Notes: a model not told the origin generated them from the sequence alone. Positions 27,063 to 37,000 are shown, numbered from the stretch's first letter. The stretch: DNA of 64,000 nucleotides from Capsulimonadaceae bacterium (GCA_965215505.1 OZ244065.1:3072001-3136000); one strand, 5' to 3'. A program made the numbers and translations.

Positions 27063-27311
27063 AAGGGGAGTATACCCGCATGTCCCATGTGTAAGGGTAA
27101 AGCCCGCAAGCCCGACGCGCAAAGGCCCGCAAGCCCCCACCCAAACGGCCAGGTCCCCGCCCGCTCCTCACCTGCCTCTTCAGCGGATGCACCCCGCCCT
27201 GCCGCCGGAGTATCATACACCCATCAACACGAAACGCCCCACGCGCCTCTTTTCAGGCGCGCGCCGGGTCTACACACTGGGCCTGCACGGCAGCCAAAGG
27301 AATAAGACACC

Positions 27312-28235
27312 ATGACACAGGAAATGAACACCTCCCCAGCCGCCCCCACGCTGGCGGCATTATCGGCAGGACTCGCGGACGTGGTCGCCCAGGTCGGGCC
27401 ATCCGTCGTCCGCGTGGACGACGGCAGCCGGCTGACGGCCACCGGCATCGTTTGGACCGAGGGCGGCACCATCCTGACCACCTCCCACGGCGTCGAGCGC
27501 GACGACGATCTGGCCGTCGAGACGGCCGACGGGACCCGCCTTGCCGCCACATTGGTCGGGCGCGACCCCGAAACCGACCTCGCCGTCCTGCGCATCTCGG
27601 CGAGCGGGCTTGTCCCCGTCACGCGCGCCGACCCCGAGGCGGTGCGGGTCGGGCAGCTCGTCCTGGCCCTGGGCCGCCCCGGCGAGTCGGGCCTGTCGGC
27701 GACTCTGGGCATCATCAGCGCCCGGCAGGACGCGCAGGACGCGGGCCGGCCCGAGTACGTCCTGCACACCGACGCCACCCTCTACCCCGGCTTCTCCGGC
27801 GGGCCGCTGGTGAATGTCGCGGGCGAGGTGGTCGGCCTGACAAACCTCGGATTCGGGCGCGGCATGGGCTTCGCCCTGGGGCTGCCGATTCTCGCACATG
27901 TGGCCGATGCCCTGCTGGCGGGCGGCGCGGTCAAGCGCGGCTACCTCGGGGTCAGCACCCAGTCGGTCACCCTGCCCCAGAGCCTTCGGACCGCTCTGGG
28001 CGTCTCCGAGGAACATGGCCTGCTGGTCGTGCAGGTGGAGGCCGGGGGACCCGCCGACGCGGCGGGCCTGTCGCTCGGCGACATCCTGCTCGGCCTGGGG
28101 GGGACTGCATTGGACGACGTGGACGACCTGCGCCGATTGCTGCGCGGGATGGCGGCGGGGCAGGCGGCGACCCTGAACATCGCACGCGGCGGCGCGGCAC
28201 ACGCGCTGACGGTGACGCTGGGCGCGCGGGAATAA
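27312..28235 (+). CDS. S1C trypsin-like serine protease with PDZ domain, no signal peptide
   Basis: TTSH, TDLAVL, PGFSGGPL, RGYLGV. Confidence 0.9.
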   Translation: MTQEMNTSPAAPTLAALSAGLADVVAQVGPSVVRVDDGSRLTATGIVWTEGGTILTTSHGVERDDDLAVETADGTRLAATLVGRDPETDLAVLRISASGLVPVTRADPEAVRVGQLVLALGRPGESGLSATLGIISARQDAQDAGRPEYVLHTDATLYPGFSGGPLVNVAGEVVGLTNLGFGRGMGFALGLPILAHVADALLAGGAVKRGYLGVSTQSVTLPQSLRTALGVSEEHGLLVVQVEAGGPADAAGLSLGDILLGLGGTALDDVDDLRRLLRGMAAGQAATLNIARGGAAHALTVTLGARE

Positions 28236-28246
28236 AGGAGGCCATT

Positions 28247-28858
28247 ATGCCATTCTCATTGAACGCCCTGGCCGGCATCACGGCCGAGACGAACGGCCTG
28301 ATCGAGACCCTGCGCCGCAGCGTCGTCCTGGTACGCGGGCGGGACGGGCACGGCGCGGGCGTCGTCTGGGAGGGGCGGGGAACCGTCATCACCAACGACC
28401 ACGTCGTCCGGGGCGACCGGGCCATCGTGGAACTGGCGGACGGGCGGCACCTGGAGGCGCGGGTGACGGCGCGTGACCGGGAGAACGACCTGGCCCTGCT
28501 GTCCGTCGCCGCCCGCGACCTACCGCCCGTGCCCGTCGGCGACTCGCGTGCAATGCGCGTCGGCGAGCTGATCGTCGCCGTCGGCCACCCCTGGGGGGTC
28601 CGCGAGACGGCCACCCTGGGGATCGTCAGCGCGGCAGGACCGGGGACGTGGCTGGGCCGGACGGACCGCGACCTGCTGCAAGCCGACGTCCGGCTGGCAC
28701 CGGGCAACTCGGGCGGCCCTCTGGCCGATGCGCGCGGCCGGGTTGTCGGCATCGCCAGCATGGTGATGAGTCCCGGCATCGCCCTGGCCGTCCCTGCCCA
28801 CGTCGTCGAGCGATTCGTCCGGTCGGCCTCGGCGCGCGAGTACCGGCGGGCGGCCTAA
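28247..28858 (+). CDS. Trypsin-like serine protease, no PDZ domain
   Basis: TNDHVV, NDLALL, PGNSGGPL; AAGGAGG before ATG 28247. Confidence 0.9.
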   Translation: MPFSLNALAGITAETNGLIETLRRSVVLVRGRDGHGAGVVWEGRGTVITNDHVVRGDRAIVELADGRHLEARVTARDRENDLALLSVAARDLPPVPVGDSRAMRVGELIVAVGHPWGVRETATLGIVSAAGPGTWLGRTDRDLLQADVRLAPGNSGGPLADARGRVVGIASMVMSPGIALAVPAHVVERFVRSASAREYRRAA

Positions 28859-28885
28859 GCCGCTGGGGAGAACGAGGCACACGCC

Positions 28886-29527
28886 ATGATCCGGGTCCTG
28901 ATCGTCGCCGCCTACGCCTCGGTCCGGGCGGGGCTGGACAGCCTACTGGCCGGGGAGGAGGGCATTGAGGTCATCGCCGCCGCGTCCGGCAGTGCCGAAG
29001 CGGAGCGCCTGCTGCCTGACGCCCGGCCTGACGTCGTCCTGGCCGACGACCTGCCGGGCGACCGGGCGCGGCTGCTGTCCGTGCTGACGGGCGGGGACGC
29101 CGCCCTGGTCCTTCTGAGCGCAGGGCGGGACGGCCTGGGCGTCTTGGCTTCCGCCCCTCTGTCCGGCTGGGGCTTCCTGCGGCCCGAGGCGGACGGGACG
29201 GAGATCGCCGCCGCCGTCCGGGCGGCGGCGGCGGGGCTGGTCGTCCTGGACCGCAGCCTAGCCCCCGGCCTCACTGCCGGGGCCAGCCCGCCCGCCGGGG
29301 CGGAGGGAGGGCGGGCGATCGCGCCGGGCGACATGCTGACGGCCCGCGAACGCGAGGTGCTTGCCCTGATGGCGCATGGCCTGATGAACAAGCAGATCGC
29401 CGCCCGGCTCGCGATCAGCCCGCACACGGTCAAGTTCCACGTCGCCTCCGTGCTGGCGAAGCTGGGCGCGGCCAGCCGCACCGAGGCGGTCACGCTGGGG
29501 GCGCGGCGGGGAATGGTCAGTCTGTGA
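28886..29527 (+). CDS. LuxR/NarL-family regulator with degenerate receiver domain
   Basis: LTAREREVL...NKQIA...TVKFHV helix-turn-helix; receiver lacks the acidic pair and the conserved Lys. Confidence 0.88.
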   Translation: MIRVLIVAAYASVRAGLDSLLAGEEGIEVIAAASGSAEAERLLPDARPDVVLADDLPGDRARLLSVLTGGDAALVLLSAGRDGLGVLASAPLSGWGFLRPEADGTEIAAAVRAAAAGLVVLDRSLAPGLTAGASPPAGAEGGRAIAPGDMLTAREREVLALMAHGLMNKQIAARLAISPHTVKFHVASVLAKLGAASRTEAVTLGARRGMVSL

Positions 29528-29531
29528 AGAC

Positions 29532-29637
29532 GTAGGGGCGCCGCTTGCCGCGCCCTCCCTCCGGCCCGCGCCCTGTCGTGCATCGTGTTCCCTGTCGGCG
29601 GCAAAGAGAAAGAGGGCGCGGCAAGCGGTGCCCCTAC
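29532..29637. repeat. Inverted pair of GTAG-REPs (GTAGGGGCGCCGCTTGCCGCGCCC type)
   Basis: The same unit occurs at 39997-40091, 53446-53469, 54668-54725 and 57716-57837. Confidence 0.85.
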
Positions 29638-30158
29638 AGCGGCTTGCCGTCCACCGTCGCCTTGAACGAGGAGGCCTGCTCGCGCGTCAGGAGCCACGCG
29701 CCGCCGCGCTTATCCCAGGTGTCCTGGTAGGCACCTTCCAAGACCACGGTGCTGCTGGCCTGCGTCTGCGGGTTGACCATCACGAGCGTGCCGCGGCGGC
29801 GGACCACCACGGCGGCCTCGGCCCCGGCTTTGGCCAGAGTCACCTTCTGGATGGTAGACTTGGTGACGCTCGACTTCACGGCGTGGAACGTCTTCAGGAA
29901 CTCCACACGCTCTTCCTTCAGGTCGTGCGTCTTCCCCACGCTGCTGACACTCGTGAAGTCCGGCGCGTAGTGCGCCAGCGTCCCCTCGATGTCCTTGCGC
30001 GACACCGCCCCATCCCGGTCATTGTAGTCGGCCTGGAGCGCCTTCTGCACCTCGGCGGGCGGGGAGGCGGGCGAGGCGGCGCGCACTCCGGGGGGGAAGG
30101 CACTCGCCGCCGAGGCCGCCGCCAAAGCCGCCAAAATTTGCCACTTCTGCATCATCAT
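29634..30158 (-). CDS. Exported NTF2/SnoaL-like (DUF4440-like) protein
   Basis: Signal peptide, HYAPDF, DTWDKRGGAW. Confidence 0.7.
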   Translation of the reverse strand: MMMQKWQILAALAAASAASAFPPGVRAASPASPPAEVQKALQADYNDRDGAVSRKDIEGTLAHYAPDFTSVSSVGKTHDLKEERVEFLKTFHAVKSSVTKSTIQKVTLAKAGAEAAVVVRRRGTLVMVNPQTQASSTVVLEGAYQDTWDKRGGAWLLTREQASSFKATVDGKPL

Positions 30159-30386
30159 CGTACCTTTCTCCCCACACCCAACGCGCATCGCAGGGCAGCA
30201 CACCATTCTTAGGAGGAGCGCGCTTACATCTTGAAATACCCGAAATGGGTATAGTCCTTGTGGGAACCGTTCGCTCACTTCCGGGCACGGCGAACCGAAG
30301 CGGCGTCCGCCGAGAATCCTTTCCACGCCCAGGCCGCCCATTCCTCCTGGAAAAGAAATCAGACAGGAACCCTGACGATAGTACGC

Positions 30387-31448
30387 ATGAGACTCTTCCC
30401 CGTCCTGCTCCTCCTCCTCACCGCCCGCGCCTCATCGGCACAGTCTTACGCTCTTACGGACCTGGGACTGCCGGCCGGATACACCGGCAGCAGCGCGAAG
30501 GCCGTCAATGCCAGAGGCCAGGTGACGGGCGAGATCAGCCACGGAACCGGGTTCAGCCACGCCTTCCTCTACGGCGACGGCCGGATGATGGACCTCGGCA
30601 CACTGCCCGGCTTCAGCGACAGCGTCGGCAACGCGATCAACGACGCCGGGGTGGTCACCGGGGTCGCCACCAAGCCCGACCCGGCGGACCGGTCGGCGCA
30701 CCCCGCCCTGATCGTCCACGCCTTCACGGCCAGGCCGAACGCGGCGGCATTGGGAACACTCCGGGACCTCCGCCCGCAGGGCAGTGCGCTGTATCTGAGC
30801 AGCGGCATCAACGCGGCGGGACAGGTGGTGGGGGCGGTCATCACCCTGCGCGACCAAAGCCGCGCCTTCGTCTCTCGGGATGACCGGGTCGTCCTCCTGG
30901 ACGAGACGGTCGCCGGGTCGGGCTGGACGTTGCAGGAAGCGGACGGCATCAACGACCGGGGGGACATCGTCGGGTCCGGCACCGTGGGCGGCGTCCGGCA
31001 CGCCTTCCTGTACCGGGGCGGGGTGGTGATGGACCTGAACCGCTTCCGGCCGGCGGGGTCGGCCTGGGTGCTGGAAGAGGCGGCGGGGATCAACGACCGG
31101 GGGGACATCGTCTGCATCGGCCGGCGCGGGTCGTCCTCGCACGGCTTCCTGCTGGCCGGCGGCGTCCTGGCCGACCTGGGCGAACTGGCGGGCTACCCCA
31201 ACATCGTCGCCGCCCACCTCAACGACCGGGGGCAGGTGGTCGGGGAGGCCGAGTCGGAATCCGGCACCTCGCAGTGCGCCTTCCTCTACGACGACGGCAG
31301 GCTCCTCGACCTCAACCGGACCCTGCCGGCCTCCCTGCACTGGAGCCTGACGCAGGCCAACGGCATCAACGACAGCGGCGTCATCGTCGGCATGGGCGAA
31401 CACGAGGGCAAGGGCCGCGCGTTCCTGCTGACGCCGAAAGGGAAGTGA
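30387..31448 (+). CDS. Extracellular HAF-repeat protein
   Basis: Repeated HAFLY...DLGTL / GINDRGxIVG units and a signal peptide. Confidence 0.9.
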   Translation: MRLFPVLLLLLTARASSAQSYALTDLGLPAGYTGSSAKAVNARGQVTGEISHGTGFSHAFLYGDGRMMDLGTLPGFSDSVGNAINDAGVVTGVATKPDPADRSAHPALIVHAFTARPNAAALGTLRDLRPQGSALYLSSGINAAGQVVGAVITLRDQSRAFVSRDDRVVLLDETVAGSGWTLQEADGINDRGDIVGSGTVGGVRHAFLYRGGVVMDLNRFRPAGSAWVLEEAAGINDRGDIVCIGRRGSSSHGFLLAGGVLADLGELAGYPNIVAAHLNDRGQVVGEAESESGTSQCAFLYDDGRLLDLNRTLPASLHWSLTQANGINDSGVIVGMGEHEGKGRAFLLTPKGK

Positions 31449-31465
31449 AGGAGAGGGAGAAGAAT

Positions 31466-31618
31466 GGACGAGTGATTGAAATCACTCGCTGACACCGGAT
31501 TTGTCCAGGGGACAAGAGAACAAGGCAGTACCGTTCCAGCCTGCCCGTTCTCGTCTTTTCTCCCTCTTCTGTCCCCTGGACAGGTCTTCGCGCAGCGAGT
31601 GAATTCATTCACTCGTCC
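31466..31618. repeat. Nested palindromic element family I, copy 2
   Basis: Arms as in copy 1 with a different spacer. Confidence 0.9.
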
Positions 31619-31663
31619 TTTCTGGTCCCGCTCCGCTTCCCCCCTCCTCCCCATCCTGTTCCC

Positions 31664-31692
31664 TTGACAGCCGCCCGCCTGTCTGTTACACT
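31664..31692 (+). promoter_or_regulatory. sigma70 promoter
   Basis: TTGACA-N17-TACACT, ATG 8 nt downstream. Confidence 0.7.
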
Positions 31693-31700
31693 GTACGAAC

Positions 31701-32492
31701 ATGAACAGATCCCCGACACACATCCCGGCGACGGACAGCCCGACGCCAACGCCGAACAAGCCCGCCTCCGGGTGGCGGCGTGCCCGGCTCCTCCTGCCAG
31801 CCCTCCTGTGCCTGTCGGGGGCCTGCGCGCCCGCCAGTCAAACGCCGAAGACGTGGCGGGCCGTGGCGCAGCTCATGGTCCTTTCGCCCCCTCCTCCGAT
31901 TCCCGGCGACCCGCTCGGAGTCACCCCATCCGGGGCGGACGACTCGATGGCAAGCCAGATCACCCTGCTCCAGAACCGCGAGATGGCGCAGCGGACGGCG
32001 GCGGAGATGAAGAACATGGCCCTGACGGCGGGCACGCCGGCCAGTACTGCCTCACTCACGTCGGACGACATCCAGAAGTCTATCCGGGTGACCAACCCGC
32101 CGGGCACCCACACCCTGGTCATCACGGCGGAGGCCGCTGACCCGAAGCAGGCGCAGGACCTCGCGAACGCGGTCGCTAACGCATTCGTCGAATACAAGCG
32201 TTCCCTTGCGACGCGCGACATGACCAGTGTCCAATCAAGCCTGGAGCGCAAGGCCGCCCGCGCAGGGCAGGCGCTGGACATGGCGGAGCGGCAGGAGCGG
32301 CTGTCCAAGCAGGCCGCTGCGCTCTCGCCAGACGGCTCGGCCCGAATGCATGAGAACACGGAGATCGCGAGGGAGCTTTACCGGCGGCTCCAGACGGCCC
32401 TCGCCGCCGCCCGCCTGCAACGCGATCTCGTCTCCGGGGACGTGACGATAGCCCAGTACGCCGAGATGCCCAAGACGCCCTCCTCCCCGTGA
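31701..32492 (+). CDS. Wzz/Wzc periplasmic-domain-like protein, possibly a lipoprotein
   Basis: LSGAC lipobox-like motif; DPKQAQDLANAVANAF; AEMPKTPSSP end; no second TM or kinase domain. Confidence 0.6.
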   Translation: MNRSPTHIPATDSPTPTPNKPASGWRRARLLLPALLCLSGACAPASQTPKTWRAVAQLMVLSPPPPIPGDPLGVTPSGADDSMASQITLLQNREMAQRTAAEMKNMALTAGTPASTASLTSDDIQKSIRVTNPPGTHTLVITAEAADPKQAQDLANAVANAFVEYKRSLATRDMTSVQSSLERKAARAGQALDMAERQERLSKQAAALSPDGSARMHENTEIARELYRRLQTALAAARLQRDLVSGDVTIAQYAEMPKTPSSP

Positions 32493-32517
32493 AGAGGGCA
32501 CCGGCACTGATTCAGGC

Positions 32518-32646
32518 CGAGTGATTGAAATCACTCGCTCCGGCTGGATTTGTCCAAGGGACAAGCGGACAAGGCGGCTCCGAACCTCTGCCTGCTTCTG
32601 TCCCCTGGACAGGTCCCCCTCAGCGAGTGAATTCATTCACTTGTTC
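32518..32646. repeat. Nested palindromic element family I, copy 3
   Basis: Arms as in copy 1 with a shorter spacer. Confidence 0.88.
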
Positions 32647-32732
32647 CTGTGTCCTTGACGGCTTCGCATGACATCAGCGGGCGAGCAGAGAAAGCAGGAA
32701 AAACGCCGGCCCATCACGAACTTACACAGCAC

Positions 32733-33734
32733 ATGGAAATCAATGAAGCGACGATCGCGCAGTTCAAGACCGACTTCGCCCGCGTCCGGGCCGAATGCGG
32801 CAAGGTCATCGTCGGCAACGCCGACATCGTGGACGGCGTGCTGATCTGCCTGCTGTCCGGCGGACACGCCCTGCTCGAAGGCGTGCCGGGCCTGGGGAAG
32901 ACTCTGCTGGTCCGCACCCTCTCGCGCGTGCTGGATTTGGACTTCAACCGCGTCCAGTTCACGCCCGACCTGATGCCCGCCGACATCACCGGGACGAACA
33001 TCCTGATGGAAGACGACTCGGGCCGCAAGATCTTCCAGTTCCAGCCCGGCCCCGTGTTCGCCAACATCGTCCTGGCCGACGAGATCAACCGGGCCACGCC
33101 CAAGACGCAGTCGGCGATGCTGGAAGCCATGCAGGAGCATTCGGTCACGGTTTCGGGCAAGATGTACCAGCTCCAGGAACCGTTCTTCGTGCTGGCAACC
33201 CAGAACCCCATCGAGATGGAGGGGACGTACCCGCTGCCCGAGGCCCAGCTCGACCGGTTCCTGTTCAAGCTGATCGTCCCCTCCCCCACCCTGGGCGAAT
33301 TGTCCGCCATCGTGGAGCGGACGACCGGGGCCGAGACGCCGCTGGTGGAGAAGGTGCTGGACGGCCCGCAGATCATGGCGATGCGCCAGATCGCCCGCGA
33401 GGTGCCCATCGCCTCCCACGTCCGCGACTTCGCCGTGCGCGTGATCCTCGCCACCCACCCGCGCTCCGAGGTGGCGACGCCCATGGTCAACCAGTTCGTC
33501 CGCTTCGGGGCCTCCCCGCGCGGCGCGCAGGCCATCGTCCTGGCCGCCAAGATCCGCGCCCTGCTCGACGGCCGCTACAACGTCGCCTTCGACGACATCA
33601 GCTCGGTCGCCCCCGCCGCCCTGCGGCACCGGCTGATCCTGAACTTCGAGGGCGAGGCCGAAGGCATCGGGGCCGACGCCATCGTCCGGGACGTGCTGAC
33701 CCGGCTTTCAACCCAGGCGGCGGTGGCGGCGTAG
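32733..33734 (+). CDS. MoxR-family AAA+ ATPase
   Basis: GVPGLGKT, RVQFTPDLMPADITG, DEINRA, ATQNPIE.EGTYPLPEAQLDRF. Confidence 0.95.
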   Translation: MEINEATIAQFKTDFARVRAECGKVIVGNADIVDGVLICLLSGGHALLEGVPGLGKTLLVRTLSRVLDLDFNRVQFTPDLMPADITGTNILMEDDSGRKIFQFQPGPVFANIVLADEINRATPKTQSAMLEAMQEHSVTVSGKMYQLQEPFFVLATQNPIEMEGTYPLPEAQLDRFLFKLIVPSPTLGELSAIVERTTGAETPLVEKVLDGPQIMAMRQIAREVPIASHVRDFAVRVILATHPRSEVATPMVNQFVRFGASPRGAQAIVLAAKIRALLDGRYNVAFDDISSVAPAALRHRLILNFEGEAEGIGADAIVRDVLTRLSTQAAVAA

Positions 33735-33809
33735 GGGCGCGATTCATCGCGCCCTCTTGTGCTACCGCATCCTCAGTCGCGGGGCGGCCCCGGCCATGAA
33801 TGGCCGGGT

Positions 33810-34643
33810 TCACCACGCATCCACCCCCAGCAGCCGACGCCCCAGCGGCGTCAAAGTAGCCGTCTGCCCATGCTCCTGCTCCCACCGGCGCGGGTCGCCG
33901 GGTGCCCAGGAGGCATCGGGCGGCAGGCGGTCACGCCAGCGCATGACCCGATCCTGACGCATCGCGTCATCATCCACGCGGGCGGGGAACATGGAAATGT
34001 ACTGTGCCAGCCGGGGCCGATCCGAGACGTTGTGGCCGTTGCCATGCGGGAAGAGCGCGTTCCAGATGATCAGGTCCCCGGCGCAGGCGGGGATGGGAGT
34101 CACCTGAAAGCCGGTCAAGTCCGGCGCGTGCGGGTTGCGGCCCACGGGCTGGGTCTTGGCCCAGGCTTCGAGGTTCTGGAACAGCGCGGGGACGCCCTGG
34201 AAGCCGCCCATGTCTGCGGTCGTGTCGGTCAAGGCCAGCACGCCCTGGACGCTGAGTTGGCGGGTCAGGACGCGCGAGTCGGTGTCCCAATGGATGAACC
34301 CCTTGTGGTCGTATTCGGGGTGGCCGGGGTGTCGGGGCGGCTTCATGTTCACCCGGTCGAAGCTTGTCCAGAGGTGTTCGGTGCCGAGCAGCTCAGCGAA
34401 CGCCTGGTGGACGCGCGGGGCCTGCCGGTTGTCCCAGAGCGCCTGGTGCTGGTAGACCTCCAGCATCCCGCCGGGCGAGAGCGGCGGACGATACCAGTCG
34501 CCGGGGTCGACGGGGTCCATCCCCAGGAACTCCCAGATCATCGCGATCGTCGCGCGCAGGTTTTCCGGCGGCACGACCTCGCGGGCGACGACGTAGCCGT
34601 GGTCGCGGAAGAACGCATGGTCTTCGGGTGTGAAAATCGCCAT
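33810..34643 (-). CDS. Phytanoyl-CoA dioxygenase-family protein
   Basis: HWD, QGVLALTD, AGDLIIW...HGNG. Confidence 0.85.
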   Translation of the reverse strand: MAIFTPEDHAFFRDHGYVVAREVVPPENLRATIAMIWEFLGMDPVDPGDWYRPPLSPGGMLEVYQHQALWDNRQAPRVHQAFAELLGTEHLWTSFDRVNMKPPRHPGHPEYDHKGFIHWDTDSRVLTRQLSVQGVLALTDTTADMGGFQGVPALFQNLEAWAKTQPVGRNPHAPDLTGFQVTPIPACAGDLIIWNALFPHGNGHNVSDRPRLAQYISMFPARVDDDAMRQDRVMRWRDRLPPDASWAPGDPRRWEQEHGQTATLTPLGRRLLGVDAW

Positions 34644-34676
34644 CGTTGAACTCCCCTCGCCGGCCCCAGCCCGGCT

Positions 34677-35723
34677 CTACAGCGTCCCCAGAATCTCCCG
34701 GATAGACAAAGTCGCCCCGCAGATCACCTCGTCGGAGGCCCCGTAGTACACCGTCACCGTGTCGCCGTCCAGCGTGTGGCCGTTGGTGAAGACGACGTTG
34801 CCGAAGAAGCCGGTCAGCTCATAGGGCGCGGTCGGCTCCATGATCGGCTCCTCGGAGCGGGCCAGGACCTTGCTGGGGTCGTCCCGGTCCAGCAGCAGTG
34901 CGCCCAGGCAGTAGCGCGAGCTCTCGTCGGCCCCGTGGTAGATCGCCAGCCACCCGCGCTCGGTCAGGATCGGCTCGGCCCCGGCCCCGATCCGGACCGA
35001 GTCCCATTTGCCGGGGCGCGTGTGGATCAGGCACTGGTGGTTGCCCCAGTGCAGCAGGTCGGGCGAGTGCCCCAGCCAGATGAACGGGCCTCCGATGTAG
35101 AGGTTGGAAGGCCGGTGCAGGCACAGGTATTCGCCGCCGACCTTTTGCGGGAACAGGGCGCAGTCCTTGTTGGAGGGCGGGATGATCATGCCGTGGGCCT
35201 TGAAGTCCTCCCAATCGGTCGTACTGCTCATGCCGACTCCGATGCCGTTGGGCGAGACGGCAGTGTAGGTGAGGTAGAACCGGCCGTCTATCTCGCAGAC
35301 GCGGCTGTCCTCGATGCCGAAAGACTCCAGCTCGCCCCGGCCCATCAAAGTCGGGGCTTCGGCGGCCTGGAAGTGGACGCCGTCGTCGGAGGAGGCCAGC
35401 CGCAGGTGTGACAGGGTGGTGAGGTAGGTCTTGCCCTTGTAATCGAACGAGCGCGGGTCTTTGGCGACCACGTCCGGGTCGTCCAGGCCGTACTCCACGA
35501 TGGCGACGCCGCCGGGCGCGGCGGGGTCCAGGACGGGAGTCGAGATGCGCCCCGGCTCCTGCTTGGGGCGCTCGGCGACGCGCAGCAGCAGCCACGTCTT
35601 GCCCTGCCACCGGAACACGCCGGGGTTCAGCAGGCACTCGACCGCCAGCCCCTCCCGGCTCGGCCTGACATCCGAGGGCCGTAAAATCGGGTTCGTCTCG
35701 AACCGGTGCGCTAGGTCCGCCAT
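34677..35723 (-). CDS. Glycoside hydrolase family 130 protein
   Basis: NPG, LRVAE, GIEDSR, NKD, HRP, YHG, YYGASD. Confidence 0.92.
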   Translation of the reverse strand: MADLAHRFETNPILRPSDVRPSREGLAVECLLNPGVFRWQGKTWLLLRVAERPKQEPGRISTPVLDPAAPGGVAIVEYGLDDPDVVAKDPRSFDYKGKTYLTTLSHLRLASSDDGVHFQAAEAPTLMGRGELESFGIEDSRVCEIDGRFYLTYTAVSPNGIGVGMSSTTDWEDFKAHGMIIPPSNKDCALFPQKVGGEYLCLHRPSNLYIGGPFIWLGHSPDLLHWGNHQCLIHTRPGKWDSVRIGAGAEPILTERGWLAIYHGADESSRYCLGALLLDRDDPSKVLARSEEPIMEPTAPYELTGFFGNVVFTNGHTLDGDTVTVYYGASDEVICGATLSIREILGTL

Positions 35724-35800
35724 GTGTCTCGCTCCCCTTGCATTGTGGTTTCGGGGGGTGATTCGGCATGGCCGGGGGTTTTTCCTGTCTGGGGGGGTTC

Positions 35801-36940
35801 CTAATCCTTCGCCATCGAGGCTTTCAGCAGGATGACGATCTCGCTGCTGGACCGGCTCTTCTGCGTGTGCCGGAACAGATGCCCGAAGAAGGGCAGGTCG
35901 CCCAGGAACGGCACTTTCCGCAGGGCGTAGATGTCGTCGTTCTCGATCAGCCCGCCGATCACCAGAGTCTCGCCGTCCTTGAGGCGCACCTGCGTGTCCA
36001 CGAACCGGCGCGAGATCTGCGGCAGGGCGATCCCCGAGGAGAGCGTCGTGAACTGCACCAGCCGCCCCACTTCCGGGTGCAGGCGCAGCGTGATCGTGCC
36101 GTCCGGGTGGCTGCGGGCGACGACGTTCAGCTCCACGCCCACGCGCACCTGGCCGGTCTGCGAGGTGGTGCCGTTGATCGTCGCCTGCGTGTTCAGCAGG
36201 TAGGTGATCTCGTCGCCGATGAAGATCTGCGCCTTGTGGTCGTCCAACACGAGAATCTTAGGGGCCGCAAGCAGGTGGGCTTTGTTCTCCTGGATGGCGG
36301 CGTCGAGCGTCGCCGTCAGGTTGATGTCGCTACGGCTGATGCGCCCGAACACGATGTCGGAGAAGGTCCCATGCGTCGGCGAGCTGGGTTTCGCCAGCGT
36401 GACACCCGCCGTCGTGCCGGTCGGGGCGAAGTTCCAGGTGACCCCAAGTGCCTGATCGGAGCCGTCCTGGAACTCGATGACCTTGGCCTCAATCATCACC
36501 TGCGGCCGTGCCCGGTCCAGCCGGCCCAGCACCGCAAGCGCCTGGCTCACCGTTGCCGGGTCCCCCGAAAGAACCAGGGTGTAGACGAAGGCGTCGTCCT
36601 CATACTTGATGACCGGCGGGGCGGCTTGCAGTACGCCGGTATTGGCGGGCGCGACCTGCTCGCCCAGCCGCTCCGCCTCGAAGCCGCGCTTGAGGGCGGA
36701 GGGGGACGGCCCGGCGAGGACGGTGACGCCCGGCACGAGCGCCTTGACGAGCCGGATCAGGTCGTCCGGCTCGGCGTGCTTGACCTCATAGATTTCGATA
36801 TTGGGGGCGGGGGCAGTCACCGGGGGCGCGGCGGGTGGAGGAAGGAGCGTCGCGGTGGGCGCGGCCTCCTGTGTGAAGGCAGGCCGTGTGCAGAAGAGGC
36901 ACAGGAGGAGCACCGGGGCGAGGATACGGGGCGGGTTCAT
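35801..36940 (-). CDS. Short secretin (type II/III secretion family)
   Basis: RPQVMIEAKVIE, DGETLVIGGL, KVPFLGDLPFFGHLF. Confidence 0.88.
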   Translation of the reverse strand: MNPPRILAPVLLLCLFCTRPAFTQEAAPTATLLPPPAAPPVTAPAPNIEIYEVKHAEPDDLIRLVKALVPGVTVLAGPSPSALKRGFEAERLGEQVAPANTGVLQAAPPVIKYEDDAFVYTLVLSGDPATVSQALAVLGRLDRARPQVMIEAKVIEFQDGSDQALGVTWNFAPTGTTAGVTLAKPSSPTHGTFSDIVFGRISRSDINLTATLDAAIQENKAHLLAAPKILVLDDHKAQIFIGDEITYLLNTQATINGTTSQTGQVRVGVELNVVARSHPDGTITLRLHPEVGRLVQFTTLSSGIALPQISRRFVDTQVRLKDGETLVIGGLIENDDIYALRKVPFLGDLPFFGHLFRHTQKSRSSSEIVILLKASMAKD

Positions 36941-37000
36941 GCGGCCCCTTTCGCCGCCGCCTGCCTGCTTTCCTGCGTGAACACAGAAGGCCCACGCCCC

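Noticed and set aside
30160-30386. Riboswitch in this intergenic region or in the long M16 leader (44650-44810)
   Set aside because: I recognised no conserved riboswitch core; an Rfam search would be needed
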